Shown: positions 41,708 through 45,910 of the stretch, piece by piece
Layout of the letters: each line of letters opens with the position of its first letter
How positions within the stretch are numbered: the stretch's first letter is position 1
NCBI GenBank assembly: GCA_039802145.1
Contig: JBDRWA010000001.1
Coordinates: 1-45,910 of the forward strand
DNA length: 45,910 bases
Source of the DNA: a candidate division WOR-3 bacterium
GTDB lineage: Bacteria; Hydrothermota; Tepidihabitantia; SM23-42; JAOAFX01
Reading direction: 5' to 3'
Translations under genes and position numbers: made by a program
Notes under the pieces: generated by a model
What the model saw: the letters and a program-made list of their open reading frames with translations, nothing else
What the model was told of the DNA's origin: nothing
Databases searched by the model: none

Positions 41708-42451
41708 TTGAAGAAATATACTTTAATTATATTCATAATACTGATTTTAATACCATTCTGTCCGGCAAAAAGGAATTTTTTTGCACCAGTTTTGCTGGAG
41801 TATAAAATTATTTATCCTGATATGGCAAGGCAGATGGGGCTGGAAGGTAGGGTGCTCCTTGGTGTGTTGATAAACGAAGCGGGCAGTGTAGAAGAGGTGC
41901 GTATTTTGAAATCTTCTTCCAGTACTGTGCTTGATTCTGCTGCGCTGGAAACTGCTTATACTTTTAAATTTGCACCCGCAATTTTGGGAAATAGACCTGT
42001 AAAGATATGGGCCAATCTTCCTGTTGAGTTTAAATTTGAAGAGCTCAAGCCCGAAATTTGGCTCTTAGAAGTAAAAGAATTGCAAAAAGCCATCGCCCGG
42101 GAATATAAAGAATCACTTATAATGGATTTGTATAAGTTATATAAAAAACTTATATTTTCACCCAAAAAGACTATTGAAATAAAGGTGAACGATTATATAA
42201 GACTGGCAGTATCAGATAGAACTGCAAAACTATGGGATGGATACTGGAGATTATATCCCGCAACATCTATATTGTTTTTTGATATTATATATTGCTTTCC
42301 AGAATCTTATGCACGATTTGAAGCCGAAGAGGAATTTAGAAAATTTTTTGAAAGTGAGGCGATAGCAATTCGCTCCACACTTCCGCAAATAACTGCGGAT
42401 ACAATAATTATACGCCTAAAAAATGCTATAGAAACACTTCAAAATAAATAG
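41708..42451 (+). CDS. TonB C-terminal-domain protein with extra helical C-terminal extension
   Basis: TTG start, N-terminal anchor KKYTLIIFIILILIPF. TonB_C-like YPDMARQMGLEGRVLLGVLINEAGSVEEVRILKSSSSTVLDSAALETAYTFKFAPA, followed by about 130 aa of unknown helical sequence. Confidence 0.7.
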   Translation: MKKYTLIIFIILILIPFCPAKRNFFAPVLLEYKIIYPDMARQMGLEGRVLLGVLINEAGSVEEVRILKSSSSTVLDSAALETAYTFKFAPAILGNRPVKIWANLPVEFKFEELKPEIWLLEVKELQKAIAREYKESLIMDLYKLYKKLIFSPKKTIEIKVNDYIRLAVSDRTAKLWDGYWRLYPATSILFFDIIYCFPESYARFEAEEEFRKFFESEAIAIRSTLPQITADTIIIRLKNAIETLQNK

Positions 42452-42473
42452 GAAATATTGTGAATATAGGAAT

Positions 42474-45400
42474 TTACTTATTTATTCGTGATAAACCAAC
42501 TCTAACAGGAATACCGTTAATATCAAGTTGTCTGTGGATTTCTCCAGAATCTTCTCTCTCTATGACTTCTAATGCGAGTGTTTCACTCTTCAGATAATCT
42601 AAATTTTTATTTATTGCATTTTTTAATTTATCTGAACACTGATAATAAATCTTTATTCTATCGGTAAGATTGAAATCTGCTTCTTTGCGCATTAACTGAA
42701 TTTTATGTATCAATTCTCTTACTAACCCCTCGGCTTCAAGCTCTGTTGTTATTATGGTATTAATTGCTACCATATATTTATCTTCTTCAACGATAACCCA
42801 ATCTGGTGGCTCCTGCCTTTTAATTTCAACATCTTCTTTGGTAATCTCAACAAGTCTGTCATCAAAACTATTTTTTAGTGAGCCAGTTTGTATGAATTCT
42901 TTAATCTGGTTTTTATTTAAACTCTTTATCCACTCTGCAACTTTCTTTGATAAAGCTCCGTATTTAGGACCAAGGTGGTCAAATTTTGGACTCAAACTGT
43001 AAGTATATAATTCTTCAGTGTTTGGAACAAATTGCATTTTTTTAATATTCAATTCTTCAAGGATTGTATTTACGGTAGATTCATCAAATGGTTTTTCTTC
43101 CTTTGGTAAATTGATGAGAATTTCCTTGAGTGGTTGGCGTACTTTGATGTTTACTTTATTTCTTGCTGACCTTCCCATTGATACAATCTTGCGAACGCGT
43201 GCAACTTCGTCTTCAAGTTCCTGATTAATCATTGATTCATCAACTTCAGGAAAATCACAGAGATGAATGCTCAGGGGTGCATTCTGGTCAACGCTTCTTA
43301 CCAGATTTTGATACATATCTTCAGTCCAGAAAGGTATTATTGGTGAAATAATTTTGATGAGATTCAAAAGACAATTGTATAACACAATATACGCAGTTTC
43401 CTTATCAAGGTCATTTTCTGATTTCCAAAAACGTCGACGATTTCTGCGCAGGTACCAGTTGGAAAGTTCGTCGAAATAATTTTCAACTTCTTTTACTACT
43501 GAGGCAACATCATAATCATTATAATGATAATCACACTTTTTGATTAGGGAGTTTGTCCGGGATAGTATCCAGAGGTCAAGTTTTGTTAGATTTTCTCGGG
43601 ATAATTTCTTTCCAACCGGATTAAAGTTATCAATGTTGGCATAGGTAATGAAGAAAGAGTAGATATTCCAGAGGGTTAGTAGATTACGTTTGATTTCCTC
43701 GGCGGGTCCATACCCAAAATTTAGATTTTGAACAGGGTTGTGTTTTGCGAACATCCAGCGCATTACATCAGCTCCCATTTTTTCTGCCGCATCATCAAAC
43801 CATATTGCATTGCCTTTGCTTTTATGCATTTCCTCGCCGTGTTCATCCCTTACAAGGGCATGCCCAAGCAAAACTTTAAATGGCGGTTTATTTTCAAGGA
43901 CAGTGCTCATTGTTAAAATTGCATAGAACCAGTTACGGAATTGACCAGGAAAACACTCAGTAATAAAATCCGCAGGAAACCATTGTTCCCAGTAGGATTT
44001 ATTATAAGGATAGCCATTATAGATATTATGCATATCTTCAGGTGGCCTTAAAGTAGAATATGGCACAATCCCGGCATCAAGCCAGGGATTACCGACATCG
44101 GGAATTCGAGACATTAGATTACCACACTTATCGCACTTAATTTTTATTTTATCAACCCATGGTCTATGTGGTGAATACCCTTCAAATTCGCTCCATCCCT
44201 CTATTGCTTTTTCCTTCAGTTCATCCCTTGAACCGATCACAATAAAATGTCCGCAGGAACATTCCCAGATGGGCAAAGCAAGACCCCAATAACGTTTCTT
44301 TGAGATACACCAGTCAGCCATATTCCTGAGCCAATCAAGTTCTCTATCAAGACCCCATTCTGGAATCCAACGTTCAACTTTTTTTGCAACTTCGGCTATT
44401 TCATATCGTAAGGTATCCATTGAAATATACCATTCATCTACAAGCCTGAATATTAATTCACTGTCACATCGCCAGCATATCGGATAACGGTGTGTATAAT
44501 CCTCCACATTGTATAAAATACCTCTTTTTTGAAGGTCCTCAATAATTGCTTCAGTCACCTCGTTGACATTTTTACCGGTGAGCCAGTCAAAACCATCAAT
44601 ATAGTAGCCAAGTTCATCAAGGGGTGCAATTGTTGCAAGTCCAAATTCCTTGCCAAGGGCAAAATCCTCTTTACCACAACCCGGCGCAATATGAACAAGT
44701 CCGGTGCCTTCGCTCTCGCTAATTTCTTCCCAGGGAATTACTTTATGAATTACTCCTTTCTGGGCGGGAAGATAATCAAATGGTCCATCGTATATTAGAT
44801 TTAATAATTCTTTTCCCGATATTTCTGCCATTATTTCATACTTGCCTTTTAATACCCTGACAAGATTTTTTGCCAGATAATATATTGCACCATTGTTTTT
44901 TACTTTTACATATATAAAATCTGGGTGAACTGCTACTCCGGTATTTGAGGTCAATGTCCATGGTGTAGTGGTCCAGACCAGAAGATATTCATCCTTCCTG
45001 TCTCTCAACGGAAATCGCACAAAGACTGCCTTATGGGTTAGTTCCTGGTATCCTTCGGTTGCAATTTCCATATCGCTTATGGCGGTTCCGCATCTCGCAC
45101 ACCACGGCATTACATCGGTTCCTTTATATATAAAGCCTCTTTCATAACATTTTTTCAAAAAATACCATATAGTATAATTGTTAACTTCGCTCATTGTATA
45201 ATAAGAATGACTCTTTTTTAACCAGTCTTTATCATCCAGACTTGTTTTCCATTCTCCCCAATCCATCCACATTCCAAGACGGATGGACTGTTCGGTTTGG
45301 ACCATAGAGTATTTATGAACTCTTTCCTGACATTTCATGACAAACTTATCTATACCATATTTTTCAATATCCCTTTTAGATGTGAAACCGAGGTCTTTTT

Positions 45401-45692
45401 CTACTTCAACTTCAACCCAGAGCCCCTGGCAGTCAAAACCATTCTGATAACGTTGTTCAAAGCCTTTCATAGTTTTATACCTCTGGAAGATATCTTTATA
45501 GGTTCTACCCCAGGCATGATGGACACCCATTGGATTGTTTGCCGTAATTGGCCCATCCTGGAAAGACCACTTCTTTTTACCTCTGTTTTTATTCTTATAG
45601 AGTAAAAAGACATTGGATTTCTCCCAGAACTCCAATATCCGATGTTCAATTTCAGGAAAATTTAATTCCTTGGAAACCGGTTTAAAATTCAT
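42474..45692 (-). CDS. ileS: Isoleucine--tRNA ligase (type 2-like)
   Basis: 1072 aa. The N-terminus NFPEIEHRILEFWEK...RYKTMKGF...VEVEVEKDLGF parallels known type-2 IleRS. KMSKS-type EMHKSKGN is present. The HIGH position reads GVHH. Confidence 0.85.
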   Translation of the reverse strand: MNFKPVSKELNFPEIEHRILEFWEKSNVFLLYKNKNRGKKKWSFQDGPITANNPMGVHHAWGRTYKDIFQRYKTMKGFEQRYQNGFDCQGLWVEVEVEKDLGFTSKRDIEKYGIDKFVMKCQERVHKYSMVQTEQSIRLGMWMDWGEWKTSLDDKDWLKKSHSYYTMSEVNNYTIWYFLKKCYERGFIYKGTDVMPWCARCGTAISDMEIATEGYQELTHKAVFVRFPLRDRKDEYLLVWTTTPWTLTSNTGVAVHPDFIYVKVKNNGAIYYLAKNLVRVLKGKYEIMAEISGKELLNLIYDGPFDYLPAQKGVIHKVIPWEEISESEGTGLVHIAPGCGKEDFALGKEFGLATIAPLDELGYYIDGFDWLTGKNVNEVTEAIIEDLQKRGILYNVEDYTHRYPICWRCDSELIFRLVDEWYISMDTLRYEIAEVAKKVERWIPEWGLDRELDWLRNMADWCISKKRYWGLALPIWECSCGHFIVIGSRDELKEKAIEGWSEFEGYSPHRPWVDKIKIKCDKCGNLMSRIPDVGNPWLDAGIVPYSTLRPPEDMHNIYNGYPYNKSYWEQWFPADFITECFPGQFRNWFYAILTMSTVLENKPPFKVLLGHALVRDEHGEEMHKSKGNAIWFDDAAEKMGADVMRWMFAKHNPVQNLNFGYGPAEEIKRNLLTLWNIYSFFITYANIDNFNPVGKKLSRENLTKLDLWILSRTNSLIKKCDYHYNDYDVASVVKEVENYFDELSNWYLRRNRRRFWKSENDLDKETAYIVLYNCLLNLIKIISPIIPFWTEDMYQNLVRSVDQNAPLSIHLCDFPEVDESMINQELEDEVARVRKIVSMGRSARNKVNIKVRQPLKEILINLPKEEKPFDESTVNTILEELNIKKMQFVPNTEELYTYSLSPKFDHLGPKYGALSKKVAEWIKSLNKNQIKEFIQTGSLKNSFDDRLVEITKEDVEIKRQEPPDWVIVEEDKYMVAINTIITTELEAEGLVRELIHKIQLMRKEADFNLTDRIKIYYQCSDKLKNAINKNLDYLKSETLALEVIEREDSGEIHRQLDINGIPVRVGLSRINK

Positions 45693-45699
45693 AATCTAT

Positions 45700-45728
45700 A
45701 TTATAATCAAAAATATCAAATTTGTAAA
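45700..45728 (-). promoter_or_regulatory. Sigma70-type promoter, leaderless geometry (TTTACA-17-TATAAT, 7 nt to ATG at 45692)
   Basis: Read on the reverse complement: -35 at 45728..45723, -10 at 45705..45700. Confidence 0.55.
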
Positions 45729-45818
45729 GAGTTGATTTTACCAGAATAATAAACTTAAATATTAAAAAACTTCAGGGTAGTTTAGTAATACTATTTTTGC
45801 CTGGTATTTCTTGAGAAA

Positions 45819-45910
45819 TTAATAATTTCTCTTTTTCCTTTTTGTAAACTTCCTTTTTTTATCAAATTTAGGACGAGCTTCGTTTATATTCATTGGTCTA
45901 CCTTTTAGAA
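45819..45910 (-). CDS. 3' end of an RRM-type RNA-binding protein gene (partial, runs off the window)
   Basis: The reverse strand reads ...LKGRPMNINEARPKFDKKRKFTKRKKRNY*. The GRxhxhNEARP pattern plus a basic tail is typical of the end of bacterial RRM proteins. Only 29 codons are visible. Confidence 0.4.
   Translation of the reverse strand, partial: LKGRPMNINEARPKFDKKRKFTKRKKRNY

Overview
This is a 45.9-kb AT-rich, compact, mostly coding bacterial segment. Six T9SS-type C-terminal sorting domains (PNPF...IYD.xGR...LPxGVYF...hydrophobic tail) suggest, by inference only, an uncultivated FCB-superphylum-like lineage. There are three zones. (1) 1-13.5 kb is mostly housekeeping: S8 peptidase with T9SS tail, VOC protein, fused membrane/spermidine-synthase-like protein, TPR membrane protein, nifS-mnmA, small lipoprotein, MFS, nadB-TPR and a GT28-type lipid glycosyltransferase. 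(2) 13.5-35.4 kb is an accessory island. It is bracketed on the left by a RAYT (IS200-like Y1 transposase) lying between perfect 23-bp inverted repeats, and on the right by a tRNA(CAU). It holds two tandem paralogous modules, each a 747/744-aa HTH-TPR-wHTH/BTAD regulator divergent from a T9SS beta-propeller cargo gene. These are followed by a 1355-aa S8 peptidase, a radical SAM/SPASM-like enzyme, an S8 paralogue whose nucleophile Ser is replaced (GTS->GSG), an orphan T9SS-tail relic, a KAS III-like enzyme and a convergent, overlapping B12-binding radical SAM gene. (3) 35.4-45.9 kb starts with the tRNA, followed 8 nt later by a signal-less 1048-aa protein that joins a chemoreceptor-tip-like helical domain to a family-5 solute-binding domain. 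Then come a 726-aa all-coiled-coil K/E-rich protein, YitT, a TonB-C protein, ileS and a partial RRM gene. Three signals cut across the window. (a) Nine operon-leading genes have near-consensus -35/-10 boxes ending only 5-9 nt before the start codon (leaderless design), whereas secreted cargo genes use strong GGAGG sites. (b) Degenerate tandem arrays with 7-nt phase sit in frame at two fixed loops of the T9SS tails and recur in intergenic flanks. (c) Small palindromic elements are shared between intergenic and coding DNA. I saw no rRNA, CRISPR array, integrase or recognisable defence gene. All domain calls are by-eye motif recognition; no searches were run.
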